Position numbers and translations under genes: made by a program. Source: an uncultured Gammaproteobacteria bacterium (GTDB taxonomy: Bacteria; Pseudomonadota; Gammaproteobacteria; JACCXJ01). From it: a stretch of 64,000 nucleotides of DNA. Location: positions 101,009-165,008 of the forward strand of contig CAVXTM010000005.1 in NCBI GenBank assembly GCA_963764725.1, in the 5' to 3' direction. The notes under the pieces are model-generated. The model saw only the letters and a list, made by a program, of their open reading frames with translations. It was not told where the DNA came from and did not search any database. Shown here piece by piece: positions 44,869 to 55,496 of this stretch. How positions within the stretch are numbered: the stretch's first letter is position 1; every line of letters begins with the position of its first letter.

Positions 44869-45384
44869 TCACACGTCGCCGAAGTCGCCGGCATCCATCT
44901 CGCCGCTCGCATCGTCAGCCGCGTAGCCGCCGGCGTCTTGATTCACGTTGACGCCAGACGGGTCCCCGCTATCAACACCGTCTGCATCGAAGCCGATGTC
45001 GTTACTAAAGAATTGCTGCGCGATCATACTTCCGATGACCGTACCGGCAATGGTGCTCAAAAAGCTGCCCGCCATCAGTCCACCTAATCCCACGCCGCCG
45101 CCCATACGGCCGAACGTCCGCTCCATAGTGCCGGGCTGCCGCACTTCGGCGCGGGTTGCCATACGCGCCAGCGCCTGCGGATCGGCCCCGCCCGGAGCCA
45201 CGGCTGCTCGCTCCGCCTCCGGCACGCTTGCGCTTAATTGTTGCAGCACCATCCGGCGCTGCTCGGGCGTGAGTCGCGCAAAGGCTTCGGCGTGCGCCTG
45301 CTCGATGGTTTCCGGCGGCGCAGTCTTGAGCAGGTAGCGGTAGCGGGCGATGGCCTGATCATCGGTGGGCTGTCCGCGTTGCTG
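44869..45384 (-). CDS. Conserved hypothetical protein with a Gly/Asp-rich tail
   Basis: D.QAIARYRYLL.TAPPETIEQAHAEAF, LAR.ATRAE.R.PG. Confidence 0.75.
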   Translation of the reverse strand, partial: QQRGQPTDDQAIARYRYLLKTAPPETIEQAHAEAFARLTPEQRRMVLQQLSASVPEAERAAVAPGGADPQALARMATRAEVRQPGTMERTFGRMGGGVGLGGLMAGSFLSTIAGTVIGSMIAQQFFSNDIGFDADGVDSGDPSGVNVNQDAGGYAADDASGEMDAGDFGDV

Positions 45385-45546
45385 TGTCGCCTGTCCTTGC
45401 TTTGGCGCTTTATCGCTTCCGAATATCCGATCTAAGATGCCCATCGTTTTTAGCTCCTTCACATTTTGTCGAGGTTACAGATTACCAAGAATGTCCCAAG
45501 GACGCACCCGTCCTGGTTGTGCAAGCTTGACAGGGAAGAGCGGTCA

Positions 45547-45835
45547 TGGTGCCCTACCTTTCTCAATGCGGTGAACCCGGTGCCTGGCGTAGCATGCCAA
45601 GATGGAGGCCAGGCGGCGGGAGGGGATGGCTTTCATGGTGGCTGCCCTCGATGGCTGGTGCATCTCCCCCCTCACCGCCTTCCCTTTTCGACCGCTGATT
45701 AGGCTCCGCGAACCATCGCTATGTAGGGCGAACTCGGCGAGAAAGGGTTGCCTCGTTGGTTGCAAAGGAGAAAGCTTATGAGGACATTCGTCGGCATCGA
45801 CATAGCCAAGGAGGTACATTGGGTTTGCGCCATTG
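45547..45835 (+). mobile_element. IS110 left-end remnant: non-coding region plus the first ~19 codons
   Basis: AGGAG RBS, MRTFVGIDIAKEVHWVCAI from 45778, then unrelated sequence; left boundary approximate. Confidence 0.65.
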
Positions 45836-46199
45836 AGCTCACGAGTGCAGTAGTACTGAGTCTCTTCGTGACAAAGGGTGTTTATTTTTTCTTATACTCT
45901 TTGAGCTGGAGTCGCCAGGGCGATTTCTCTCTGCGCGGCACGCTGGCGTGGCGGCTCACCGGAGCGCCCATTTCCGACCCCGCCGATCGCAAGCGGAGGC
46001 TATATTTGCAACTCGTCGAGCACCTCTGACACTTAAATTGGCGCAACCCCGGTCATCATTGATCCGCGTCGCGTGGTTTTCGATCGCCGCGTCCATCCTA
46101 CACCGTCCATCTAGAGGACGGCTATCGCGGGCTCCTCGCCTCGGTCTTCGACCTTCCATGGCTCGTCGGCTGAGGCCGCTCGGTGAGCGGCGTGTGTCC

Positions 46200-47486
46200 T
46201 TACGATTCCAAAAACAACTCATCGGATCCGCTGTCGTAGGCGAACAACTCGGCGTGTCGGCCCCAACCGATGGCGATCTCTAGCTCCTTCTCGGCGAGGT
46301 CGCCAAAGTTGGGTCGGAGTTTATCGAGAAAATAGTCCCGATCGACGCGCCGGTCATCGTCTTGTTGCAGAGTCTCGTAGATCCAGTTGATCGCCGGCAC
46401 TCTCAGGATACGGCTCGCGATTAGTTCCTTGCGGGCGAGGATGCTTGCGGAGGCGTAGGCCTGCCCGAGCGGCGTGAGCAACAACACACCGTGGCTTAAC
46501 GTAAAAAACCCCAAAAGCTCCCCGGCTTCGACGATCGGGAGCAAGTTGTCGAGCTCTAGCATGAGCTCACGGCTCAGGTGATGGAGGTTGGCGCGGTCGC
46601 CCTCGGCGGTGAGTTTTTCGATCAGGCCGGTGAGGGCACTCAGGCTGGCCGAAGGCAGTTTTCTCCCGAGATGGCCGGGTAGTACGAAGGGCTCCACCTG
46701 TGTGCGGCCGGCGACGGCTGCGTAGACGGCGTCGACAACCGCCTGGAAGGCCGTATCCTTGCGGTGGCGTGGATAACGGATCGGTACCGGGATTTCCGAG
46801 AGAATGCGCCCAGGGTCCTTGGCCATGACCACGATTCGGTCGGCCATCAGCACGGCCTCCTCGATATTGTGTGTGACCATCAAGATCGCTTGCGTCGGGA
46901 TCGCCTTGTTGAGCCAGAGCTCTAGCAACTCCCCACGCAACGCTTCCGCCGACAGCACATCGAGCGCCGAGAACGGCTCATCGAGACACAGGAGCTCAGG
47001 CTCGATCGCCATGGCCCGAGCGAAACCGACCTTCTGGCGCATCCCTCCCGACAGCTCCCGTGGGTAGGCCAGTTCAAAACCATCGAGCCCGACCGTATCG
47101 ATTAGTTCGAGCGCACGCGCCCGGCGTTCCGCGGCGGGCACCCCGCGTGCCTTCAGGGCAATCTCCACGTTTTCCTGAACCGTCAACCAGGGGTAGAGGG
47201 CAAAGGTCTGGAATACGATGGTCGTATGCGGGTTCACGCCGCGGACCGGCTGTCCTCGATAGAGCACCTTGCCCGAAGTCGCCGCATTCAGCCCGGTGAC
47301 AATGCGCAACAAGGTGGACTTGCCACAGCCGGAAGGTCCGAGTAGACAAACGAATTCGCCCGGGCTGATCTTTAGATCCACATTACGAATAGCAATGAAT
47401 TGCCTCTCGCCCCGGCCATAGGCCTTGCACACGTTTTGAGTTTCAAGTAGCGGCGTGGCGGTCTGGGTCTTCGCAAGCAAGTTCAT
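46200..47486 (-). CDS. NitT/TauT-family ABC ATPase with a long C-terminal extension
   Basis: GPSGCGKST, LSGGM, DEPFSALD, VTHNIEEA; ~170-aa C-terminal domain ending WGR.AELF.Y. Confidence 0.92.
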   Translation of the reverse strand: MNLLAKTQTATPLLETQNVCKAYGRGERQFIAIRNVDLKISPGEFVCLLGPSGCGKSTLLRIVTGLNAATSGKVLYRGQPVRGVNPHTTIVFQTFALYPWLTVQENVEIALKARGVPAAERRARALELIDTVGLDGFELAYPRELSGGMRQKVGFARAMAIEPELLCLDEPFSALDVLSAEALRGELLELWLNKAIPTQAILMVTHNIEEAVLMADRIVVMAKDPGRILSEIPVPIRYPRHRKDTAFQAVVDAVYAAVAGRTQVEPFVLPGHLGRKLPSASLSALTGLIEKLTAEGDRANLHHLSRELMLELDNLLPIVEAGELLGFFTLSHGVLLLTPLGQAYASASILARKELIASRILRVPAINWIYETLQQDDDRRVDRDYFLDKLRPNFGDLAEKELEIAIGWGRHAELFAYDSGSDELFLES

Positions 47487-47510
47487 GTGGCTTTTTCCCG
47501 GTTGTGGTGT

Positions 47511-49244
47511 TTATTCCAGGCGGTACCGTTCTTCGGCCAAGCGGTAGAGGCGCAACCAGATGAGGCGGTTTATCAGCACGACGACCGTAACTAAGGAGAG
47601 CGTCCCTGCCAGCAACAGAGCATAATTCCCCGTCACGGTGGCTTGGGCGATTAGCGCGCCAACCCCCATCGTCGCATAGGTCTCGCCGCCAAACTCCACA
47701 TGCTCTGCGACAATGCTGGCATTCCAGGCCCCGCCACTGGCAGTGATGGCGCCGGTGATGATGTAGGGGAAGAGCGCGGGAAAAATGAGGGTGCGCCAGC
47801 GCTCCCAGGCCGAGAGACCGAGGAGCGCCGTGGTATGCTCCAGATCCTGGGGGATGGCGGCGGCCCCGGCGATGACGTTGAAGAGGAGATACCATTGTGT
47901 GCCCATCAGCATCAAGGCGATCGCGGCCAAGTTCAGGCCGCCGGGCGTATGCAGCAGCGTGAGCAGGAATACCGGGAACAAGGCCGTCGCCGGAATTGAG
48001 GCGACGAGCTGTACGATTGGCTGGAGGATCCTGGCCGCACGTTGGCGCGTACCTATGAGCACGCCGATGGGTAGGGTCCATAGCAGGGCGATCATTAAGG
48101 CGGTTGCCACCCGGGTGAATGTCGCCAGTAGCCCTTGGCCGAGTTGCAGCCAATCGGCTCGGGTGAGTGTAAGGAGTAAACCGCCAGCCCGGTAGGCTCC
48201 ATAAGAGACAAGGACCGCGAAGGCAGTGGCCATGAGCAATACGGGCCAGGTAGGGCGCATGTCAGAAGCTGCATCCTCACTTTCGGGGGCTATGACGTGG
48301 TCGAGGAGGTGGCGGTGAAAGAAATGGTCGAGCCTTTCTCCGAGTGGCCTCATGATACGGCCGCGAAATTGCCGGACCAGCCAGGCGTGGGAGAGGGTAT
48401 CGAGGAACCAGGCGCTCGGCGGCTCCTCACTTTTCACCATCTCGAGCTTGAATCGATCCGACCAGGCAATCAACGGACGCCAGACCAATTGGTCGAGCAG
48501 GACGATGACCAGCACCAGCGTCCCGATGCCCCAAAGTACGGCCTGCACATCGCCGCGATCGGCCGCGGTTTGCAAGTAGGAGCCGAGACCGGGCAGGCGA
48601 AAATCGCGGGCGCCCACATGGAAGATTTCCGCGGCCATTAAGAAAAACCAGCCGCCCGACCAGCTCATCATACTATTCCAAAGCAGCGCGATGGCCGCGA
48701 AGGGCAGCTCGAGCGCTTTGAAGCGCAGCCAGGGGTTGAAGCGAAAAATTGCCGCCGCCTCACGCAACTCATTCGGTACGGTAACCATGGATTGGTAGAA
48801 ACTGAAGGTCATGTTCCACGCTTGTGAAGTGAAGATCAGCACCACCGCGGCGAGCTCGGCCGCGATCCCCTCGGGTAAGACAGCGCTCAAGCTCAACAGG
48901 ACTACGGGCAGAAACGACAGGATGGGGACACTCTGCAGCACGTCCAGGAGGGGCATGAGCACCTTGCGTGCGCTGCGGTGGCGGGCAGCGATATACCCGT
49001 AACTCAGGCTGAATAGCAGCGATAGACAATAGGCGGCGGTCATCCGCCCGATAGAAAGAAAGGTATACCAAGGCAATGCCAGTGGGGAGAGGGAGATGTC
49101 GGGTCCCGCAACGACAGTGGGTGCATAGAACGCTAAGCGCACCCCAGCGTACAGCAGCGTCGCGAGACCCAGGAGGATGAGGGCGTCCCCGACCGTGAAG
49201 ACCGGGGTGGCAGGCAGCGCAGGACCGAAGCGAAATTGCCGCAT
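47511..49244 (-). CDS. NitT/TauT-family ABC permease with two fused membrane domains
   Basis: 577 aa; LDVLQSVPILSF and Q.VAS.PA..LFP halves; EAA loop. Confidence 0.92.
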   Translation of the reverse strand: MRQFRFGPALPATPVFTVGDALILLGLATLLYAGVRLAFYAPTVVAGPDISLSPLALPWYTFLSIGRMTAAYCLSLLFSLSYGYIAARHRSARKVLMPLLDVLQSVPILSFLPVVLLSLSAVLPEGIAAELAAVVLIFTSQAWNMTFSFYQSMVTVPNELREAAAIFRFNPWLRFKALELPFAAIALLWNSMMSWSGGWFFLMAAEIFHVGARDFRLPGLGSYLQTAADRGDVQAVLWGIGTLVLVIVLLDQLVWRPLIAWSDRFKLEMVKSEEPPSAWFLDTLSHAWLVRQFRGRIMRPLGERLDHFFHRHLLDHVIAPESEDAASDMRPTWPVLLMATAFAVLVSYGAYRAGGLLLTLTRADWLQLGQGLLATFTRVATALMIALLWTLPIGVLIGTRQRAARILQPIVQLVASIPATALFPVFLLTLLHTPGGLNLAAIALMLMGTQWYLLFNVIAGAAAIPQDLEHTTALLGLSAWERWRTLIFPALFPYIITGAITASGGAWNASIVAEHVEFGGETYATMGVGALIAQATVTGNYALLLAGTLSLVTVVVLINRLIWLRLYRLAEERYRLE

Positions 49245-49314
49245 AATGACCTCTGAATGTATCGGTATTCATCGCCTACGCGACGAATAGACCCAGAGCA
49301 AAATTACGCCGCAG

Positions 49315-49362
49315 CTAGGCAGTCCGAATGCGTGTATAAGGGTCCGGATCCTCAGGTTTCAT
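49315..49362 (-). CDS. Putative MgtL-like leader peptide MKPEDPDPYTRIRTA (15 aa)
   Basis: ATG...TAG between the promoter and the permease gene; Pro3/6/8 among acidic residues, then Arg. Confidence 0.6.
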   Translation of the reverse strand: MKPEDPDPYTRIRTA

Positions 49363-49394
49363 AAATTTACGTACGCGCAAAAATAAGCGCGCGT

Positions 49395-49423
49395 ACTATA
49401 GGTGGAGAGGGGGGAGGAATCAA
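49395..49423 (-). promoter_or_regulatory. Sigma70 promoter of the ABC operon
   Basis: TTGATT-N17-TATAGT. Confidence 0.7.
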
Positions 49424-49936
49424 CAAGTCGGTGGTGACTCCATCCTCGCCTATACCGATCCCCGGTGGAAAGGCAGGGCGGTCATCGCGAATCCCCTCTT
49501 TGGCACCTGTTGCCGCATCGTGGCGACAAGCCGGAATGGCAGCACACGCAGGACTACTGGTCGGAGAAAGACGACTTCGCGACCATCGACCTAACCGACA
49601 AGGCCGCTACGCCTGATGGCGACTGCTGGCATCAAGCCGGGAGTTACGCGCGGCTGTAGTGGCCGAACAGAACCATTCCGCTATGATGGCTTCAGTCACA
49701 TGGAGGCGCGGGTTCTTGACACGGCAGTCGATTTCTTCAACGCACCGGTTTGATCGCAAGGCCTTCGACGCGCGGCTGGTTTCGGCGAGCCCGGCGGAGC
49801 GCAAGGAGCTGTGGGCCAAGTACTGGATATGGATGGGCTGGGATGCGCGCTGGCGGTGTGTGTTGGCGGGTTCCTGTTTCACACGGCGGCGAAGCGCGAG
49901 CGCGATTGGCGGCGGAACAATCCGTTTCTGACCTAG

Positions 49937-51690
49937 CCCGGATTTCTCACCGATAGCCAAGAAAAAGGCCGTACCTCGTGGCATAATATGTGTGGGATCA
50001 GCATGTTATGCACAATGACGAGGACGGCCTTATGGAAACACAGTGTAACGGGTGGCAGATGGAATTTCACGGTCTTGGGGCTCGGCGGGTGGTAGGGAGG
50101 TTTGATGGGGGGAGGATCAGCTCCGATGGAGGTAGTTTGCTGTTGCGGGAGGTGGAATCGCGGACGCGTATTCTGAAGCGCCTGGCGGGGTGTTTCATCG
50201 ATCACCGGGATCCGGAGTTGATCGAGCACTCGGTGGAGTCGCTCATCAAACAGCGGGTGTCTGGGATGGCGCTCGGGTACGAGGATCTGAACGATCACGA
50301 CACCTTGCGGCACGATGTGTTATTGGGGGTGCTCGGTGAGAAGGAAGACCCAAGCGGTGCGGGGAGGCGCCAAGCGGGGGACCGGGGCAAGGCGCTGGCG
50401 GGGAAGAGCACGCTCAATCGGCTGGAGTTGACCTCCGAGAAGGCGGACAAGACGAGCCGCTACAAGAAAATTGTGGCCGATTGGGAGGCGATGGATAAGC
50501 TCCTGGTAGAGTTGTTTCTTGAGTCCTATGGAGTCCCCCCACAGGAGATGGTGATCGATGTGGATGCGACCGATGATCCGCTGCACGGTCATCAGGAGGG
50601 ACGTTTCTTCCATGGTTATTACGGTCACTATTGCTATCTGCCGTTGTATTTCTTCTGCGGGGACAAGTTGCTCTGTGCCCGTTTGCGGGAGGCCGATGAG
50701 GACCCCGCCGCGGGGTGTATCGAGGAGCTTGCTCGGGTGGTGGGGCAGATCCGGGGGGTGTGGCCCGAGGTGCGGATCATTCTGCGAGGCGATAGCGGTT
50801 TCTGCCGCGAGGAGATCATGCATTGGTGTGAAACCCAGCGGGTCGATTATGTGCTGGGGTTGGCGAAGAATAGCCGTCTGAGGGAAGCCATTGCCGAGGA
50901 GTTGGCAGAGGCCCAGCGCGCCTATGAGAGGACGGGCGGGCCGGCGCGGGTGTTCAGGGATTTCCGTTACCAAACCTTGGAGAGTTGGTCCACTGAGAGG
51001 CGTGTGGTGGGCAAGGCCGAATACTTGCTCAAAGGGGAGAATCCCCGGTTTATCGTCACCTCACTCTCCCGGCAGGAGCAGGACGCCCGCGGCCTCTACG
51101 AAGATCTCTACTGTGCCCGCGGGGAGATGGAAAACCGCATCAAGGAACAGCAGCTCGCTCTGTTCGCCGATCGCACCAGCACTCAGGCGCTGCGCTCCAA
51201 TCAACTGCGGCTGTACTTCTCCTCGTTTGCCTATGTGCTCATCGAGACCCTGCGAGCCTTGGGGCTTGGGGGGACCGAGTTGGCGCAGGCGCAATGCGAC
51301 ACCATTCGCCTGAAACTCTTTAAGATCGGCGCCCAGATCCGCATCACGGTGCGCAATGTCTGGATCGCCTTCTCAGAAGCTTATCCCTATGCGAGCCTCT
51401 TCCAAGCGGTGCTGGCCCGGGTGCAGCAGATCCCCTTGCGCTGTTAGCCCGAGCGATTGGCCTGTTCCGTCTGCTGGTGTCAGGGATCCAAAAGGGAGGT
51501 CAGGGGAGCACTTGGCTTGAGATCACAGAATGCCTCAAAGCACCTGCACGTATCGACAGAAACCTCCATGAGTTGCTTGATTTGTCTTGTTGGCGTCTCG
51601 ACCGCAGCGGCTAATTCACGCGGTCTTCTTTTCTGATGTCCTCATCAAAGCCTTTAGCCCATGTATCCCCACATTGGTGAGAAATGCGGG
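49937..51690 (+). mobile_element. IS1380-family element, copy 2, intact (transposase ~50032-51447)
   Basis: TIRs, CTAG flanks; SSDGG, GYEDLND, DVDATD, RGDSGF, RG.MENRIKE. Confidence 0.96.
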
Positions 51691-51706
51691 CTAGCGCTCG
51701 GGGCGC

Positions 51707-52288
51707 CTACCCAAACGCGTTGTGATCGAACAGGACCTTCACGCCAATTCCGATTAGAACAAGGCCGCCGATGATTTCGGCTTTGGCGCCGAGCGTCTTT
51801 GCGCCCATGCGGCCGATCCAGACGCCGGCGGTGGAGAGGGCGAAGGTGATGAGGCCGATGGTGGTGATGCTGAGGAGAATGGGGACGCCGAGGGTGGGGA
51901 GGGTGAGGCCGGCGGCGACGGCGTCGATGCTGGTGGCGACAGCGAGGCCGGCGAGGGTCCAGCCGCCGACGGCGCGTTCGACGCCCGGGTCGCTCTCGTC
52001 GCCCGGCGGATTGTGAGCGACGCCTTCGAGCAACATCTTCACACCGATGAAGGCGAGCAGGAGGAAGGCGATCCAGTGGTCGATGCTTTCGATCAGGCTG
52101 GCGAACAAGAGGCCGAGCGACCAGCCGATCAACGGAGCGGCGGCCTGCGCAAAGCCGAATGCCGCGCCGACCGTGAGCGCGCGGCGCCATGGGCGAGCGC
52201 GGACGGCTGCGCCTTGGCCGATGGCGACAGCGAAAGCATCGGCGGCCAGCGCGACAGCGAGCAGAAGGAGCGAAAGGGTCGTGATCAT
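51707..52288 (-). CDS. mntP: Manganese efflux pump
   Basis: ALAADAFAVA, DHWIAF.LL, ATSIDA, AEI.GG..LI.IG. Confidence 0.92.
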   Translation of the reverse strand: MITTLSLLLLAVALAADAFAVAIGQGAAVRARPWRRALTVGAAFGFAQAAAPLIGWSLGLLFASLIESIDHWIAFLLLAFIGVKMLLEGVAHNPPGDESDPGVERAVGGWTLAGLAVATSIDAVAAGLTLPTLGVPILLSITTIGLITFALSTAGVWIGRMGAKTLGAKAEIIGGLVLIGIGVKVLFDHNAFG

Positions 52289-52409
52289 TTCGACAGGCTC
52301 GCGACGATTTCGATGTGGGGCGAATAGAGAAACTGGTCGATCGGGGTGATGCGGTCGATGTAGTAGCCGCCGTCGACCAGCGTGCGCATGTTCATAAGCT
52401 CGGAGCGTG

Positions 52410-52915
52410 TCAGATTTTTTGTGTTTCGTTATTCAGATACACTCGATGTTACTACGCAACTGAGCTATGTGAAATTAAACTCGCGCTTCGAACTTACAGG
52501 ATTTCCTCCGGGCCCTTCGGAGGCACCTTTCCGGACGGGGTCCGACAAGATCTCGATGTCGAGGAGGATCGCGTACGCGGGGAATTGACGGGGCTCTATA
52601 CAGGGCTCAAACATCACTGGCTTAGAGTCGGGCTTGGCGGCGTGTTCGAGTCTACGGATACCACGCGGTCGTGAACGGTGTGCCCCTGCCGACCGGAATA
52701 GTTGCGGAGCGAGGCGGCGTAGGGGATGTCCCGATCTTCCCGGATGAGGAGCGAACGATATTCTATACCTACCTCCAGGATGAGTGGTCGTTCGCCAACG
52801 ACTGGAGCCTGACCACGGGGTTAGGCTTGACCACTACTCCGATTTTGGAACGACGGTGAATCCACGCGTGGGCCTTGTCTGGAATACGGATTACCGACTC
52901 ACCACGAAGATCCTC
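52410..52915 (+). pseudogene. TonB-dependent receptor internal fragment
   Basis: Y.QDEWSFANDWSLT.G, D.YSDFGTTVNPR; frameshifted. Confidence 0.6.
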
Positions 52916-53141
52916 CTTCGTTCTGCGTAAAAGCGTATGCTTGCTCCCACATAAAATATTATCACCGCTAAGCAAACTCTTGGGAGTAGATCGAGCACTG
53001 ATCGATGAATCAAGGAGTTAGGCGGTCACTGGGGTCTGTAATATGACACTTTTGTTTGGTGGGTGGATGAGATGAAGGGGCAGGACATCTCACAGATAAT
53101 AGGGAGTTGTCGAACAAACCAAAATCCGGAGGACTGCCCCG

Positions 53142-54172
53142 ATGAGAGTTTTACATGAACAGGCTGGGTACGCTGATGTTGAGAGCGCCTTTGATCGTCT
53201 GCAGGCATTTTTAGCACGGCGGCGCTTATCGACTGAAGCGGTCGATGAGATGGAGGGTTTTGAGCGCGAGCTGCATGAGTATTTTGTGGCGGCCGAGCGT
53301 GAGGTATTGGCCGAGGAGTTAGCACGGTTGGATGTGGATCTGCCGGCGGTAACGGTTGAGGGTGAGTTATACCGACGGGTGGTGCGCTGCGAGGAGACCT
53401 ATGTGAGTGCGGCGGGCCCAGTTCCGGTGATGCGGAGCTTATATCGGCGTGGACGAGGTGAAGAGCGCACGCTGTGTCCGCTGGAGTTGCGGGCGGGTAT
53501 TGTGGAGGGGCGCTGGACGCCGCTCGCGGCCCGGCAGGTGGCTTTTGTGGTTGCGCATCTGACGCCGCAAGAAGGCGAGGATCTGTTTCAGGAGCTAGGG
53601 AACATGACACCTTCGAAATCGAGCCTTGACCGGCTGCCCAAGCAACTGAGCGCACGCTGGGAGGCGAAGCGGAGCCATTATGAAGCTGAGCTGCGTGCAA
53701 AGGCACAGATGCCGACGGAGGCGGTCACCCTGGCCGTCTCCCTCGATGGGGTGATGGTGCCGATGAAAGACGGGGCGCGTGCACAGAAACGCGAGGAGTC
53801 CCAGGCACAAGATAAGCGCACGTGCGGCCCGGCGGGGTATTCGGAAGTGGGCTGCGGTACGTTGACCTACTATGACGCGGAAGGCAATCGACTATCCACG
53901 GTGCGGATGGCACGGATGCCTGAGCGGCACAAGGCGGGCTTGAAGACGATGCTGACCCAGGAGATAGAAGCCGCACTCGGCGACGGCCCGATCTCGGCTT
54001 GGTCAAGCTCGCCGATGGGGCGCGTGATAACTGGACCTACCTCCGCGCCACACTCCCGCCGGGGGTCGAGCTTATCGATTTCTATCATGTCTGTGAGCAT
54101 CTCAAGGAGGCTTTCGATACGGCCTACGGTGAGAACAGTTCGAAGTCGAAAGCCCAGTTCGAGAAGTACCGT
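53142..54172 (+). pseudogene. ISKra4/UPF0236-like transposase, 3'-truncated (paralog of 15349-16770)
   Basis: PLELRAG, PSKSSLD, VSLDGVM, GPAGY.EVGC, ADGA, DFYH. Confidence 0.88.
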
Positions 54173-54328
54173 ATGGTAGTGTTTGAATGGATCGAAGGCT
54201 GGTACAACCCGCATCGCCGCCATTCGTCCCTGGGATACTTGTCACCCGTAAGCTACGGAGGAGACTAATGACACCCGAGACTGAGACAGTTTCGGGAATT
54301 ACCTGTCCACGAAAGCGGGTTAAGTCCA
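54173..54328 (+). mobile_element. IS3-family 3'-terminal fragment
   Basis: FEWIEGWYNPHRRHSSLGYLSP; terminus CTGTCCACGAAAGCGGGTTAAGTCCA. Confidence 0.8.
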
Positions 54329-54329
54329 A

Positions 54330-54586
54330 TCCAGGCCGCGAAGCTCATCCTCGAACGCACCTTGCCGGCACTCAAAAGCGTGGGGGAGCCCTTGACCCTA
54401 CCGGTTCCCGACACCCCGGCGAGCCAGGGGCGAACGGTGCTCGGGGCCTGCGCCCAGGGCGACATCACCCCCGATGAGGCCGCGACTCTCATGCAGGCTA
54501 TCTCCGCGCAAGCACGGGTGGTCGAAGTGGAGGAGCTGACCCAGCGGGTTCAGACTCTGGGACATGCCTTGTCAAGACAGAGGTAA
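54330..54586 (+). pseudogene. C-terminal fragment of a phage/satellite-type small protein (DUF5681-associated type)
   Basis: QAAKLILER.LP, G.ITPDEA, E..EL..RV..L. Confidence 0.45.
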
Positions 54587-54764
54587 AACGCATGGCTCGA
54601 CTGACGGCGCGTATCTTAAAGCTGGAACATCGACTGCCTACGGGTCTTGAGGCCGAGCTTACACCTTACCGGCGCAAACCAGAACGGGTGAAACCTGCTC
54701 AATAGCACACTAGCTGTTTCATAGCACAGTGGCCAAATTTTACCCAACGTAAGTCTTTGATTTA

Positions 54765-54951
54765 TGGCGCGCCCGGAGGGACTCGAACCCCCGACCCCCT
54801 GGTTCGAAGCCGGATGTGCTAATTAGGTGTTTTATTCCAATATACAGTTAGTTACGAATATCGCTCTGCGCTATTCTCGAGACTTAACCAATGATAACTA
54901 TCAATAAGTTACGTTTTCCGATATCCGTTGAATAGCACAGTTGCCCGAGCG
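54765..54951 (-). repeat. tRNA-Arg(TCG) 3'-half (54765-54811) within the 187-bp direct repeat, copy 2
   Basis: Matches 6862-7048; IHF-like TAAGTCTTTGATT; ATAGCACA repeats at about 54702, 54721 and 54932. Confidence 0.9.
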
Positions 54952-55496
54952 TGACTCCGCGCCACCGTGCGAACGCCCCCCGGGGTCGTGCACCGGACCC
55001 GGAACCATGGGACCGGCTGTTCTTTAGTCTGTGCTCACTGTGGATTGCCCCTAGCCGTCGGAACAAGATCTCGGTCGTGTTCCGTCCTTCAACCTTCCAG
55101 CGTTTTCACGATGTACTCGTCAAGTGCAAGTATCGGCTACTATTCAATGCGAAAGGACGGGGATTCATTGATACGGGCGGCGACTGTTAGCGGATTCTGC
55201 AATGCTTTTGGTATGCGGCGATGAGAAGCAGAAAAGTGGCAAGCACTGCCACGTTCCACCCCCTTTATGGCCGCTCCAAACTTTTGTATTCGGCGAACAG
55301 GCCACCAGCAGATAAGTATCCTAACTATAGAAGTATACTTTCCTAACTTCTTCCCTTGAAGGCGTAGACAATCCCCCCGATTGTCGGGAGCCGTAGCGCC
55401 CGCCGTGACCTGTGCCTGAAAGACGCGGGAAAGTAGACTTTTAGCCTTGCCGCAAATAGTGTTGCCATGTGAATATATGCACTATGCACTGAAAGC

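Noticed and set aside
52288-52400. yybP-ykoY manganese riboswitch upstream of mntP
   Set aside because: No recognisable motif; the upstream DNA looks like rearranged gene fragments.
6862-54811. The four tRNA-like sequences as functional tRNA genes
   Set aside because: Only the anticodon loop to CCA is present; the 5' acceptor strand and D arm are missing.
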